Shown here piece after piece: positions 1 through 9,651 of a stretch of DNA of 57,308 nucleotides (positions are counted from its first letter, which is position 1; the number at the start of each line of letters is the position of its first letter). The position numbers and the translations under genes were made by a program. The notes under the pieces were generated by a model. It was not told the origin of the DNA, did not search any database, and was given only the letters and a program-made list of their open reading frames with translations. The stretch is from contig WJOT01000043.1 in assembly GCA_009619095.1 (NCBI GenBank), forward strand, positions 1-57,308, written 5' to 3'. The DNA is from Clostridia bacterium. GTDB taxonomy: Bacteria; UBA6262; WVXT01.

Positions 1-263
1 GTAATCAAGAGTAAGATCCCTGATGGCCATGCAATAATTGAAGGAAACTTCACCATGGAGGAAGCCAAGAACTTAGCTATTGTATTGAGGGCAGGTGCTT
101 TGCCTGCACCAGTTAACATCATAGAGAATAGAACCGTAGGTCCCAGTTTGGGAAGAGACTCAGTTCGTGCTGGAGTAGTGGCTACGGGAATTGGTCTTAT
201 TTGCGTAATGCTCTTTATGGTAATCTACTACAAGTTGTCTGGTTTGATTACTAACTTAGCACT
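1..263 (+). repeat. Partial duplicate of secD internal segment (copy of 797-1059, about 95% identical); probable assembly/chimera artefact
   Basis: By manual alignment 1-263 matches 797-1059 with 12 substitutions, then switches frame into the N-terminal part of secD at ...ttagcacttggttttggaa. Confidence 0.85.
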
Positions 264-1456
264 TGGTTTTGGAAGTTGATTTAAATAGACTTCCCCAAGG
301 AACTTCCCCCGGCGATGCTATGGAGAGAGCATTAGAGGTCATACGCAATCGTGTAGACCAATTCGGCGTGGCCGAACCATTAATTGCTCGTCAGGGAGAT
401 AGGTGGCTCGTTGTGGAATTACCTGGAGTGAAAGACCCCGAAAGAGCGATTGAACTTATTGGAAAGACGGCATTACTCGAGTTCAAATTGGTCAATGATG
501 GAATCAGAATAAGCGAGATATTAGATTCTGAAGGAAAAGTTGATCCTGGCAGGATTCCCCTTGGTTACGAAGTCCTGCCCGGGAAGAGAGAGGCATTATT
601 TTTAGTGAAAGAGGAGTCGGAAATTACTGGGGCAGCATTGACCAATGCCAAAGTAGAGATAGGTGGCCAGTATAATATGCCCTATGTAGCTATCGATTTC
701 AATAAGGACGGTGCCAAAAAATTTGCCAGGATAACAGAAATCAACATTGAGAGAAACCTGGCTATTGTTCTTGACGGGCGAGTGCAATCAGCTCCTGTAA
801 TCAAGAGTAAGATCCCTGATGGCCATGCAATAATTGAAGGAAACTTCACCATGGAGGAAGCCAAGAACTTAGCTATTGTATTGAGGGCGGGTGCTTTGCC
901 TGCACCAGTTAACATCATAGAGAATAGAACCGTAGGTCCCAGTCTGGGAAGAGATTCAGTTCGTGCTGGAGTAGTGGCCACGGGAATTGGTCTTATTTGC
1001 GTAATGCTCTTTATGGTAATCTACTACAGGTTATCTGGCTTGGTTGTCGACTTAGCACTCATCTTAAATTTGATTATACTTTTGGGAATGATGGCTTATT
1101 TTCGTGCAACTCTAACCTTGCCTGGCATCGCTGGCATCATCTTAATCATCGGCATGTCAGTAGATGCCAATGTTTTGATTTTTGAGAGGATCAGAGAAGA
1201 GTTAAGAGCAGGCAAAACGGTCAGAGTAGCAATTGATTCAGGATACCAGAAGGCATTCAGGACTATTATCGATTCCAACCTGACTACATTGATAGCAGCA
1301 GCTTTCTTGTTTCAATTCGGCACGGGCCCGGTAAAAGGTTTTGCGGTCACGCTTTCTCTAGGCATATTAATTAGCATGTTTACCGCCTTAGTGGTTACAC
1401 ATATGGTTTTCGATATGGTTTTAGTGGGCAAAAAAGTAGAGAAACTAAGCATATAG
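263..1456 (+). CDS. secD: Protein translocase subunit SecD (5'-truncated: first TM helix and GLDLxGG motif missing)
   Basis: [61 protein letters not shown] motifs; followed by secF. Confidence 0.95.
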   Translation: MVLEVDLNRLPQGTSPGDAMERALEVIRNRVDQFGVAEPLIARQGDRWLVVELPGVKDPERAIELIGKTALLEFKLVNDGIRISEILDSEGKVDPGRIPLGYEVLPGKREALFLVKEESEITGAALTNAKVEIGGQYNMPYVAIDFNKDGAKKFARITEINIERNLAIVLDGRVQSAPVIKSKIPDGHAIIEGNFTMEEAKNLAIVLRAGALPAPVNIIENRTVGPSLGRDSVRAGVVATGIGLICVMLFMVIYYRLSGLVVDLALILNLIILLGMMAYFRATLTLPGIAGIILIIGMSVDANVLIFERIREELRAGKTVRVAIDSGYQKAFRTIIDSNLTTLIAAAFLFQFGTGPVKGFAVTLSLGILISMFTALVVTHMVFDMVLVGKKVEKLSI

Positions 1457-1460
1457 AAAG

Positions 1461-1587
1461 GTAGCTGCAGAGCGCAAGCTTTGCATTGTAGGGGCGGTAC
1501 GCAGTTTATCCCGTACAAGCGGGGTGGCCGCCCAAAGGAAGGGACGGCATGCCGAAAAATCGGCATAAACTGCGTCCGTCCCCTACA
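1461..1587. repeat. Cluster of palindromic REP-like elements (GTAG-type inverted doublet)
   Basis: tgcagagc-gcaa-gctttgca hairpin (1466-1485); tgtaggggcggtacgcagtttat (1487-1509) pairs with ataaactgcgtccgtcccctaca (1565-1587), with internal hairpins. Confidence 0.75.
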
Positions 1588-1610
1588 GAGAGGCTAAATA
1601 GGAGAGAGGG

Positions 1611-2504
1611 ATGCAATTTTTTGGTAAAACGAACTTCAAGTTTATTGAAAAGAGAAAGAAAGCTTTTATCCTTTCGGGACTTATGATTTTGGTCTCAGGG
1701 TATGCCATCTTTCACAAAGGAGTAAATTTGGGGATAGACTTTACTGGTGGCACACTTGTACAAATAAATTTCTCCCAGGAAATCGCCGTAGGAGGGATGA
1801 GAGAAACACTGTCGAGACACGAGCTATCCGGAGCTACCATTCAGAAATTTCCCAATACCAATGTACTGATCATTAGAGTAAAAAGTTGGGATGTCGGACC
1901 TTTAGAGATTGTTCAAAAGTTAACTTCCATTTTCCAAGAAGAGTTTCCTCAAAATCAATTTACCATTGAGCGAAACGAGGTAGTGGGACCCGTGGTTGGT
2001 GAGTATCTTAAAAAACGTGGTATAAAGTCTTTCCTATTCGCCTTCTTGGGCATTATTATCTATGTCGCCTGGCGCTTCATAGGTGGTATCTGGGGCCTTG
2101 CTGGAGTAACAGCCTTAATTCACGATGTATTCATCACTTTTGGTATATTCACCATATTGGGAAAAGAGATTACTCTTCCCATTGTTGCTGCCCTCCTTAC
2201 ATTAGCTGGATATTCCATAAACGATACTATCGTGGTCTACGACAGGATAAGAGAGAATATCAGGCTGCAATATAAAAAGCCTTTGATTGAGGTAATAAAC
2301 TCAAGCATTAATGAGACATTATCCCGCACTACGATGACTTCCCTGACCACTCTGTTGGTAGTCTTATCAATATTCATTCTGGGTGGTCCTGTTATTCACG
2401 ATTTTTCTTTTGCAATTTTAATAGGGATATTTATCGGAACATATTCGTCTATATTTATAGCCAGTCCCCTCGTTTATGAGTGGAAGGTGAAAAAGAGTAG
2501 ATAA
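1611..2504 (+). CDS. secF: Protein translocase subunit SecF
   Basis: LGIDFTGG, HDV, GYSINDTIVVYDRIRE, TLSRT, GTYSSIFIA motifs; RBS ggagagaggg. Confidence 0.97.
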   Translation: MQFFGKTNFKFIEKRKKAFILSGLMILVSGYAIFHKGVNLGIDFTGGTLVQINFSQEIAVGGMRETLSRHELSGATIQKFPNTNVLIIRVKSWDVGPLEIVQKLTSIFQEEFPQNQFTIERNEVVGPVVGEYLKKRGIKSFLFAFLGIIIYVAWRFIGGIWGLAGVTALIHDVFITFGIFTILGKEITLPIVAALLTLAGYSINDTIVVYDRIRENIRLQYKKPLIEVINSSINETLSRTTMTSLTTLLVVLSIFILGGPVIHDFSFAILIGIFIGTYSSIFIASPLVYEWKVKKSR

Positions 2505-2513
2505 GAACATGTA

Positions 2514-3653
2514 ATGAGAAAGAAAATAATAGGCTTCTATCTAGCCTGCATAAATAACGAAAGAGGGAAAATCCATTCTCTTTTTCGTTCTTTATTTTTT
2601 ATCTTATCTCGATTCTACTATTTAGCGATTAAGATTCGTTGGCTCATCTACAAACTGGGAGTCATCCCTAAAACCAGGATACCCTGTGCTGTAATTAGTG
2701 TGGGTAATATTACATGGGGTGGCACAGGAAAGACTCCCGCTGTAATTATGATAGCTAAGCTGCTCAGAGGAATGGGAAAGAGAGTTACCGTTTTATCTCG
2801 AGGGTATGGAAGGAGGAAGGAAAAGGATAAAAAGAACAAGATATCGATAGTATCCAACGGAAAGAGGTTAATCCTCTCTTCCAGGGAGGCTGGGGATGAG
2901 CCTTATCTCCTTGCAAAAAATCTACCCGATGTTTCCATAATTGTAGGAAAAAATAGAATAAACAGTGGAAAATATGCAATAGAGAAATTTGCTACTGAAG
3001 TTGTGGTTTTAGATGATGGTTTTCAATACTGGTCATTGAACAGGGACATAGACATTGTAACCATAGATTGTTTAGATCCTTATGGTAATGGCTACTTAAT
3101 TCCTCGCGGGCCGTTAAGAGAACCTGTCTCACACTTATCCAGGGCAGACATCTTTCTTTTGACCAGAGCAAATCTTGTTTCCCGGGATGATTTACACAGG
3201 ATAATTAGCGATTTAGAAAGACTCAATCCTCACTGCACAATCCTGGAAAGCGTTCACCGGCCAAAATATCTACAAGGTTCTTTTTTTGGAGAGAAGAAAA
3301 GTTTAGATTTTATTAAGGATAGAAGAGTAGTTGCTTTTTCCAGTATCGGTAATCCTTATTCCTTTGAGAAGACATTAGAAGGGTTGGGCGCAGAAATCGT
3401 CAAAATTTTCCAATTTCCTGACCACCATGATTATCAGCGAAATGACCTCCGGAAAATAGAAACCGCCTGTAGAACTGACCTGGATAAAGGAGAAGTAATC
3501 GCAGTTACCACTGAAAAGGATGGAGTGCGACTGGAGAGAATTATTTCTCCAGAAGCCGACAGGGTTTTCTGGGAAATTTGGATATTGAAAGTAGAACTGG
3601 AGATTGTTCGAGGCAAAGAGGAATGGCAAAGAAAAATAGAATCATATATCTGA
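2514..3653 (+). CDS. lpxK: Tetraacyldisaccharide 4'-kinase
   Basis: VISVGNITWGGTGKTP, SRGYG, GDEP, LDDGFQ, PRGPLRE, FPDHH, TTEKD. Confidence 0.96.
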   Translation: MRKKIIGFYLACINNERGKIHSLFRSLFFILSRFYYLAIKIRWLIYKLGVIPKTRIPCAVISVGNITWGGTGKTPAVIMIAKLLRGMGKRVTVLSRGYGRRKEKDKKNKISIVSNGKRLILSSREAGDEPYLLAKNLPDVSIIVGKNRINSGKYAIEKFATEVVVLDDGFQYWSLNRDIDIVTIDCLDPYGNGYLIPRGPLREPVSHLSRADIFLLTRANLVSRDDLHRIISDLERLNPHCTILESVHRPKYLQGSFFGEKKSLDFIKDRRVVAFSSIGNPYSFEKTLEGLGAEIVKIFQFPDHHDYQRNDLRKIETACRTDLDKGEVIAVTTEKDGVRLERIISPEADRVFWEIWILKVELEIVRGKEEWQRKIESYI

Positions 3654-4381
3654 TTTTTATTCTTTTTCTCATTTTTTACAGTAGTTCAATAGATTGCTTG
3701 GCAAATTCTCTCTGGCGTAAAGTAGAAAATAGAGCTTTCCGAGTAGGAGAGAAATTAACCTATATAGTTAAGTGGAAAGGGGTAGTCGGCGGGACTGCGG
3801 TAATGCGAGTAAAGAAGATTGTGAAAATTTCTGGCAGAGATGCCTATTACGTAACCCTTTCTACTCGTAGCTCGAGATTTTTCGATATCTTTTACAAGAT
3901 TAGAGACCTTATAGAATCGTATATTGACAAACAAGGCATATTTACCTGGAAGCAGAGAAAGAAATTGAGAGAAGGCAAGTATCGCTCTAATAAGGAGACA
4001 ATTTACGACCAGGAAAAACATCAGGCTTTATATAAAGGGAAAAAGACTGATATTCCTGTTTATGTTCAGGATTCTTTATCCTCTATTTATTATTTAAGAA
4101 CACAGGAACTCAACAAGGGAGACTCACTAATTATAGACGCTAATGATGACGGCAAGAACTATTCAGTAGAAGTAAAAGTTATCGGGATTGAGAAAGTTGC
4201 CACTCCTTTTGGTAAATTTAAAGCACTTAAGACGGAAGTAATATGGAAGCGTGAAGGGAAAATTCACACAGAGACCTCCCAGATATGGCTCAGCAATGAC
4301 CAAAGGAAGATTCCGGTAAAAATAGAAAGGCAAAGCAAAACGGGAAAGATTACTATGCTTCTAAAGAAAGCGAAATTCTAA
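3623..4381 (+). CDS. DUF3108 domain-containing exported protein
   Basis: Signal-peptide-like N-terminus; GEKLTY, QDSLSSIYYLR, IWLSNDQRKIPVKI patterns; start taken at ATG 3623 after RBS gagga. Confidence 0.75.
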   Translation: MAKKNRIIYLIFILFLIFYSSSIDCLANSLWRKVENRAFRVGEKLTYIVKWKGVVGGTAVMRVKKIVKISGRDAYYVTLSTRSSRFFDIFYKIRDLIESYIDKQGIFTWKQRKKLREGKYRSNKETIYDQEKHQALYKGKKTDIPVYVQDSLSSIYYLRTQELNKGDSLIIDANDDGKNYSVEVKVIGIEKVATPFGKFKALKTEVIWKREGKIHTETSQIWLSNDQRKIPVKIERQSKTGKITMLLKKAKF

Positions 4382-5728
4382 ATGGAAAAACCTGTGAAAG
4401 GCAAGATTAAAAAGTTCGATTTTTTCTGGACTTTTTACCAGGTTCTTTTAGTTTTCTTCTTCTCTATCTTCTGGCCATTTTTTATTCAGAAAATAAAAAA
4501 AGGGCTAAAACAGAGATTAGGTTTTTTGAATGAAAGCATAAACAGAGCAAGAGATGAAAAGCTCATTTGGGCCCATGCCGCTTCAGTAGGCGAAGTGGTA
4601 GCGCTGGGGAATTTAATAAGAGCCATTAAAAAGGAATGCCCTGATTACAATTTTGTTATTTCCACATTAACCAGTACTGGTCAAGCTATGGCCAGAAAAG
4701 TAATTCCGGATGCCCGGGCATTCATCTATTTTCCTCTCGATTTCTCATGCATAGTGGGAAGAGTTCTCGATACCATCAAACCAAAACTGTTCATTATAAC
4801 CGAAACAGAACTCTGGCCGAATTTCATAAGGGAAGCAAAGAAAAGGACAATTCCCATAATGGTAGCTAATGGAAGGATTTCTACGGGCTCTTTTAGAAAG
4901 TATAAAATGGTTAAGTTCTTGATGAGGAGAGTTCTGGAAAATATCGACCTGTTTATTATGCAGAGCCGGATAGATGCAGAGCGAATTATCTTATTAGGCG
5001 CTAATTCCTCAACAGTCACTGTAACAGGGAATTTAAAGTTTGATGTAGGGACGGACATTCTTCTTCGCCCAGCAAATTCAAATTTAGGAAGCAATAGATT
5101 AATTTTTGTTGCCGGTAGCACGCATAGAGGAGAAGAAGAAACAATCCTCGATGTTTATGAAGAAATTAGGAAGTCTTATCCTCATATAGTTCTAATTCTT
5201 GCACCCCGTCATGTGCAAAGGGTAAGCGAAGTGGAAAAGTTGCTAAGTAGTAGAAATTTCAAATTCAGGAGAAGGTCAGAACTCTCCTCTCCATTTCAAG
5301 GTAACAATCTAAAGCAGATTATTCTCCTGGACACCATTGGAGAGCTCACTCATTTCTATGCTCTGGCAAGAATTGTCTTTGTGGGCGGAAGCATGGTCCC
5401 TGTGGGAGGACACAATATTCTCGAGCCAGCCAGTTTAGGAAAGGGGGTCCTCTTCGGCCCCTATATGGATAATTTTGAAGAAATAGCTCAATCCTTTATT
5501 TCCAAGGGAGCGGGGAGAGTAGTATCCAATAGAGAAGAGCTACTTAACAGTATCCTTAAGTTATTATCAAATCCCGAAGAATTAGAGAAAATGGGAAGGA
5601 CTGCTCTGGAAATAGTTAAGGCACATAAGGGAGCTGCCGAAAAGAGTGCCATATTAGCAAAAAACCTACTCAAGAAAAATGGGGTCAACTCTATTTTATT
5701 TTTTCTGGGGAAAGGTGAGAAGAATTAA
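4382..5728 (+). CDS. waaA: 3-deoxy-D-manno-octulosonic acid transferase
   Basis: WAHAASVGE, ETELWPN, GNLKFD, AGSTHRGEE, APRH, GGHNILEPA. Confidence 0.96.
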   Translation: MEKPVKGKIKKFDFFWTFYQVLLVFFFSIFWPFFIQKIKKGLKQRLGFLNESINRARDEKLIWAHAASVGEVVALGNLIRAIKKECPDYNFVISTLTSTGQAMARKVIPDARAFIYFPLDFSCIVGRVLDTIKPKLFIITETELWPNFIREAKKRTIPIMVANGRISTGSFRKYKMVKFLMRRVLENIDLFIMQSRIDAERIILLGANSSTVTVTGNLKFDVGTDILLRPANSNLGSNRLIFVAGSTHRGEEETILDVYEEIRKSYPHIVLILAPRHVQRVSEVEKLLSSRNFKFRRRSELSSPFQGNNLKQIILLDTIGELTHFYALARIVFVGGSMVPVGGHNILEPASLGKGVLFGPYMDNFEEIAQSFISKGAGRVVSNREELLNSILKLLSNPEELEKMGRTALEIVKAHKGAAEKSAILAKNLLKKNGVNSILFFLGKGEKN

Positions 5729-5734
5729 AATAAA

Positions 5735-6727
5735 ATGAAGAGAAAGAAAAAGAAAAAAAGTAAATTCAAAAAGAGATTTGAAAAAAACGCATCCTGGGTT
5801 ACATTCTTAATTATGCGCGTGTTGTTTACGGTTACGCCCGCAAAAGCATTTCCTCTTATTGCCCGCTACTTAGAGGTTATTTCTCGCCCGTTTACCAGGA
5901 AGCAACGAAAAATAGCTCTAGAAAACCTCACTTTGAGTTTAGGAAAGGAAAAGAGCAAGGAAGAAATCGAATATATTTATCGTGCTTGCTTGCGAGAAGT
6001 TACTCAGAGTTTTTGTGAATTGGTTTCGGCAACGAGTTCTCTTTTTGGGAATTCTTCACGCCTCGATCAATTTAAAGAACAGTTTGTCTTAGAGGGAGAA
6101 GAAAATTTGAAACAGGCACTATCCCGGGGGAAAGGGGTAATAGGACTTTGTGCACACTTTGGCAATTTTACACTGATGGGAACAGGACTTACTTCCCGGG
6201 GGTATCCATATGCATTGGTGGTGAGGCCAGCAGATGAGTCGAGAGTAGAAGAATACTTCCAGAAATGGAGAGACCAGTTGGGTTTCCATTCCATACCTGC
6301 CCGTCCCAGGTCGACAGCCGTACGTGGATCTCTCGGCGCTTTGCGTCAAAACAAGATACTCGCTCTATTTGCCGATCAAAACAAAGCAAAAGGCGGAGTA
6401 TTTGTCGATTTTTTTGGCCGTCCAGCAGGAACTGTTGTTGGACCTGCAGTCATGGCTTTAAAGACAGGTGCACCCATAGTTCCCATATTCAACGTGCGTC
6501 AGGGAGTGAATAAACATAAAGTTATTATCGGTCCACCGGTCGAATTTGAAATATCCGGTAATCAGGAGAAAGATGTTCTCACTGTCACAGCTAAGATTAC
6601 CAAAGTTATTGAAGAGTTTGTCCGGCAGTATCCCACACATTGGTGGTGGTTTCACAACAGGTGGAGAACTAAACCAAAGAAGGAAGAGGGAGTGGAAAAG
6701 CCGGAAGCTTCTACTCCGTTCCTTTAA
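5735..6727 (+). CDS. Lipid A biosynthesis acyltransferase (LpxL/HtrB family)
   Basis: AHFGN, ADQ, FVDFFG, WWWFHNRWR motifs; LPS context. Confidence 0.9.
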   Translation: MKRKKKKKSKFKKRFEKNASWVTFLIMRVLFTVTPAKAFPLIARYLEVISRPFTRKQRKIALENLTLSLGKEKSKEEIEYIYRACLREVTQSFCELVSATSSLFGNSSRLDQFKEQFVLEGEENLKQALSRGKGVIGLCAHFGNFTLMGTGLTSRGYPYALVVRPADESRVEEYFQKWRDQLGFHSIPARPRSTAVRGSLGALRQNKILALFADQNKAKGGVFVDFFGRPAGTVVGPAVMALKTGAPIVPIFNVRQGVNKHKVIIGPPVEFEISGNQEKDVLTVTAKITKVIEEFVRQYPTHWWWFHNRWRTKPKKEEGVEKPEASTPFL

Positions 6728-6733
6728 AAAGGT

Positions 6734-6872
6734 CTGGAGTCCTCCCGAAAGGGAGGGATGGAGTGTCAAGCGAAAGCTTGACGAGGTATCCCGACTCGTC
6801 GGGACGTTTTACACTCCGGGGGTTTGTAGGCAACCGTGCAAAAATGGAGTAGCGGAGCGGAAGCTCCGCGTT
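6734..6872. repeat. Composite cluster of palindromic repeats from several families
   Basis: ctggagtcctcccgaaagggaggg (6734-6757), ggagtgtcaagcgaaagcttgac (6760-6782), tcccgactcgtcggga, tttgtaggcaaccgtgca, ggagtagcggagcggaagctccgcg (6846-6870); each recurs elsewhere in the window. Confidence 0.8.
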
Positions 6873-6879
6873 TAGGGAA

Positions 6880-7926
6880 ATGGCTAAGATTTTAGTTAAG
6901 GGTGTAAATTGGATTGGAGATTCACTGTTTATGACCCCAGCTTTAGCTGCTTTAAGAAAAGGATTCCCCAATTCCCATATAAGCCTTCTAATCAATCCCT
7001 GGGTGAGAGAAATATTTGATGGCAATCCAAATGTAGATGAAATCATTATTTATGATGAGAGAGGCAAGGAGAAGACCTTAAAGGGGAAGAGTAGGTTTAT
7101 TCAGTCCCTAAGGAATAGAAATTTCGACATGGGCATAATTATGCAACCACGTTCCTATAAAGCTGCTCTTTTTGTCTATTTAAGTAGAATTCCCCAGCGA
7201 ATCGGCTATAGTCATTCACTGAGAAATCTACTTCTAACCAGAAGAGTAGAGCCTCCTACGGCACCTCTCCACGATATAGATATGTTCCTAAATATCGTCC
7301 TTTCCCTGGGAGTAGCACCGGCGAGGAAGGAACCCTATTTGCCTTTCAGCCCAAAAGCTGACGATTGGGCCGACAGGTTTTTAGAAGAACGGGGAGTTAA
7401 CAAAGGAGAATTACTGATAGGTATCAATCCCGGAGCATTTAAGCAATCGAAAAGGTGGCCAGAGCCAAGATACGCCGAGCTGTCCGATATACTGATTAAA
7501 GAATTCAAAGCAAAAGTTATCATTTTCCAGGGACCGGGTGAAGATGAAATTATAGAGAAAGTAGTAAGTTTAATGAGAGAAAAAGCCATAATAGTAAAGG
7601 CAGGTATCAAAGAACTGTCTGCGCTTTCCCGGAAATGCAAGTTATTCGTGGGTAACGATACAGGTCCTATGCATGTGGCTGCTGCCAGCGGTACTCCGGT
7701 AATTGCTCTATTCGGCCCTGCAGACCCCCAACGCAGCCGCCCCTGGGGCAGGGACCATGTGATAATAAAGAAAGACCTGCCGTGCAGTCCCTGTTCGAGG
7801 GTAGTTTGCAAAGAACCGACCTGTATGGAATCGATTACCGTGGAAGATGTCCTTCAGGCCGTTCAAAGCCAGCTTAAGAGAACTGAGAAGTCTAAAGGGG
7901 GAGCACTCGTCACTAACAGAGGTTAA
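6880..7926 (+). CDS. waaF: Lipopolysaccharide heptosyltransferase II (GT9)
   Basis: NWIGDSLFMTP, INPGA, KRWP, GNDTGPMHVAAA, ALFGP. Confidence 0.88.
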   Translation: MAKILVKGVNWIGDSLFMTPALAALRKGFPNSHISLLINPWVREIFDGNPNVDEIIIYDERGKEKTLKGKSRFIQSLRNRNFDMGIIMQPRSYKAALFVYLSRIPQRIGYSHSLRNLLLTRRVEPPTAPLHDIDMFLNIVLSLGVAPARKEPYLPFSPKADDWADRFLEERGVNKGELLIGINPGAFKQSKRWPEPRYAELSDILIKEFKAKVIIFQGPGEDEIIEKVVSLMREKAIIVKAGIKELSALSRKCKLFVGNDTGPMHVAAASGTPVIALFGPADPQRSRPWGRDHVIIKKDLPCSPCSRVVCKEPTCMESITVEDVLQAVQSQLKRTEKSKGGALVTNRG

Positions 7927-7934
7927 GAAAAAGG

Positions 7935-8792
7935 TTGGACAAGAAAATTCCGCCACAATTTGAGAAAGTAATGATAGGTAAAACTACTATATTGGTAAAA
8001 GATAAATATAGAGACCAGATATTAAGTCAAAAAGTGGCTCTTTCCAGAAAGATAAAAGAAGAAGGAGAATTGTTTCCAGGGGTTAGTCTACTCAAGGGCA
8101 GGAACATAATTCCCTGTATTCCGATTAAAGGTTCCAATGAAAGGATGCTCGTAAAACGCTATGAACATGGAGGATTATTTCGTAAAGTAACAAGAGACAT
8201 CCTCTTGGGAAATTCAAGACCATTTCGGGAACTGGCTATCCTGGAAGCAGCGTCCCAAAAAGGCATCCCTGTTCCCGAAGTCCTTGCTGCCAGAGTCGAC
8301 AGGATTTTTGGTCCATTCTATAAAGGAGAGATAGCTTATAAAGAGATTCCTGATAGTGCCAATTTGTTGGAATACCTGAAGGGGCTCAATGAGAGACCGC
8401 TGGAGGAAAAGATGTCTCTAAAGAGAGAGATAATTAACTCCTTAGCCCAAACCATTAAGAAAATGCACGCCTCAGGAATATACCATGCAGATTTAAATGT
8501 TAAGAATGTATTGATTCAGAATACAGGAAAAGGAACTCGAGTTTATCTCGTTGATTTCGATTGCTCAAAGATTAAGAAGAACCTCACCCTGAGAGTGAGG
8601 ATTAAGAATCTGGCTCGTTTTAATAGGTCTTGTGAAAAATGGAAAGCGCCGCTAACTACTACAGACAAACTCAGATTCTTCCTCTCCTATTTTAAAGGAA
8701 ATAGATTAGTAGAAGCGAATCTCAGAAAATATATTCGCAGATGCTCACATTTCCATTGGGGACATAGGCTCTACTGGAAACTTTTTGGATAA
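7935..8792 (+). CDS. Lipopolysaccharide/Kdo kinase (Kdo/WaaP family, KdkA-like)
   Basis: RYEHGGL, RPFREL, YHADLNVKNVL and VDFD kinase motifs; TTG start. Confidence 0.85.
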   Translation: MDKKIPPQFEKVMIGKTTILVKDKYRDQILSQKVALSRKIKEEGELFPGVSLLKGRNIIPCIPIKGSNERMLVKRYEHGGLFRKVTRDILLGNSRPFRELAILEAASQKGIPVPEVLAARVDRIFGPFYKGEIAYKEIPDSANLLEYLKGLNERPLEEKMSLKREIINSLAQTIKKMHASGIYHADLNVKNVLIQNTGKGTRVYLVDFDCSKIKKNLTLRVRIKNLARFNRSCEKWKAPLTTTDKLRFFLSYFKGNRLVEANLRKYIRRCSHFHWGHRLYWKLFG

Positions 8793-8831
8793 TGTCTCGA
8801 TTCTGGTTCAGAAGGGCCATAAAAGAATATA

Positions 8832-8858
8832 TTTGTAGGCACAATTTCAAATTGTGCA
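8832..8858. repeat. REP-like palindrome, TTTGTAGGCAC family
   Basis: tttgtaggcacaatttcaaattgtgca; related copies near 43987, 54780 (reverse), 54811, 24565, 29417. Confidence 0.7.
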
Positions 8859-8892
8859 GAGCAGAACAACGGAGATAGGGCGAGAAAAATAG

Positions 8893-9651
8893 ATGAATAG
8901 ACTTTCAGTAATTATCATTACTTACAATGAAGAAGAAAACATTAAGCACTGTTTGGAAAGTGTAAAGTGGTCAGATGAGATTGTAATCGTCGACTCTTTC
9001 AGTAATGACAAGACTGTAGAGATTGCCAGAGAATACACTTCCCAAGTATTCCAGAACAAATGGACCAATTTTTCTCAGCAAAAGAATTTAGCCTTAGAAA
9101 AAGCAAGTAGTGAGTGGGTATTAAATATAGATGCTGATGAAAGGATTACACCAGAATTGAAGAAAGAAATTCTCGCAGTTCTCAATTCCCAGTTCCAGTC
9201 CTTCAATGGTTATTATATACCCCGAAGAAATCACTATCTGGGGAGATGGATCAGACATTGTGGCTGGTATCCGGACTACAAATTAAGGCTCTTTCGAAGA
9301 AGCAAGGGAAGATTTAACGAGCGCATTGTACATGAATCTGTAGTAGTAGAAGGTAGGAAAGGACACCTTAAATCTTGTTTTAACCACTATTCATATAAAA
9401 ATTTATCCGACCATTTAAGTAGAATTGATAAGTTCACTTCACTGGCTGCTGAAGAGATGTTTACCAATGGTAAGAGAGCAAGCGTCTTCGATCTACTATT
9501 TCGCCCACTCGCTAAATTTGTCAAGATGTACCTGATAAAGAAAGGCTATCTGGATGGGATTTATGGACTCATTGTTTCCATTATGGGCAGCTTCTATGTG
9601 TTTACGAAATATCTGAAGCTCTGGGAACTCTCCAGGGGGAAAATCCATTGA
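8893..9651 (+). CDS. Glycosyltransferase family 2 (WaaE/KdtX-like)
   Basis: IITYNEE, VDSFSND, IDADE, WYPDY, VHE. Confidence 0.9.
   Translation: MNRLSVIIITYNEEENIKHCLESVKWSDEIVIVDSFSNDKTVEIAREYTSQVFQNKWTNFSQQKNLALEKASSEWVLNIDADERITPELKKEILAVLNSQFQSFNGYYIPRRNHYLGRWIRHCGWYPDYKLRLFRRSKGRFNERIVHESVVVEGRKGHLKSCFNHYSYKNLSDHLSRIDKFTSLAAEEMFTNGKRASVFDLLFRPLAKFVKMYLIKKGYLDGIYGLIVSIMGSFYVFTKYLKLWELSRGKIH

Noticed and set aside
55-279. 74-aa ORF as an independent gene
   Set aside because: It is the duplicated internal secD fragment.
6546-6875. 109-aa + strand ORF
   Set aside because: It overlaps the acyltransferase out of frame and runs through palindromic repeats; no motifs.
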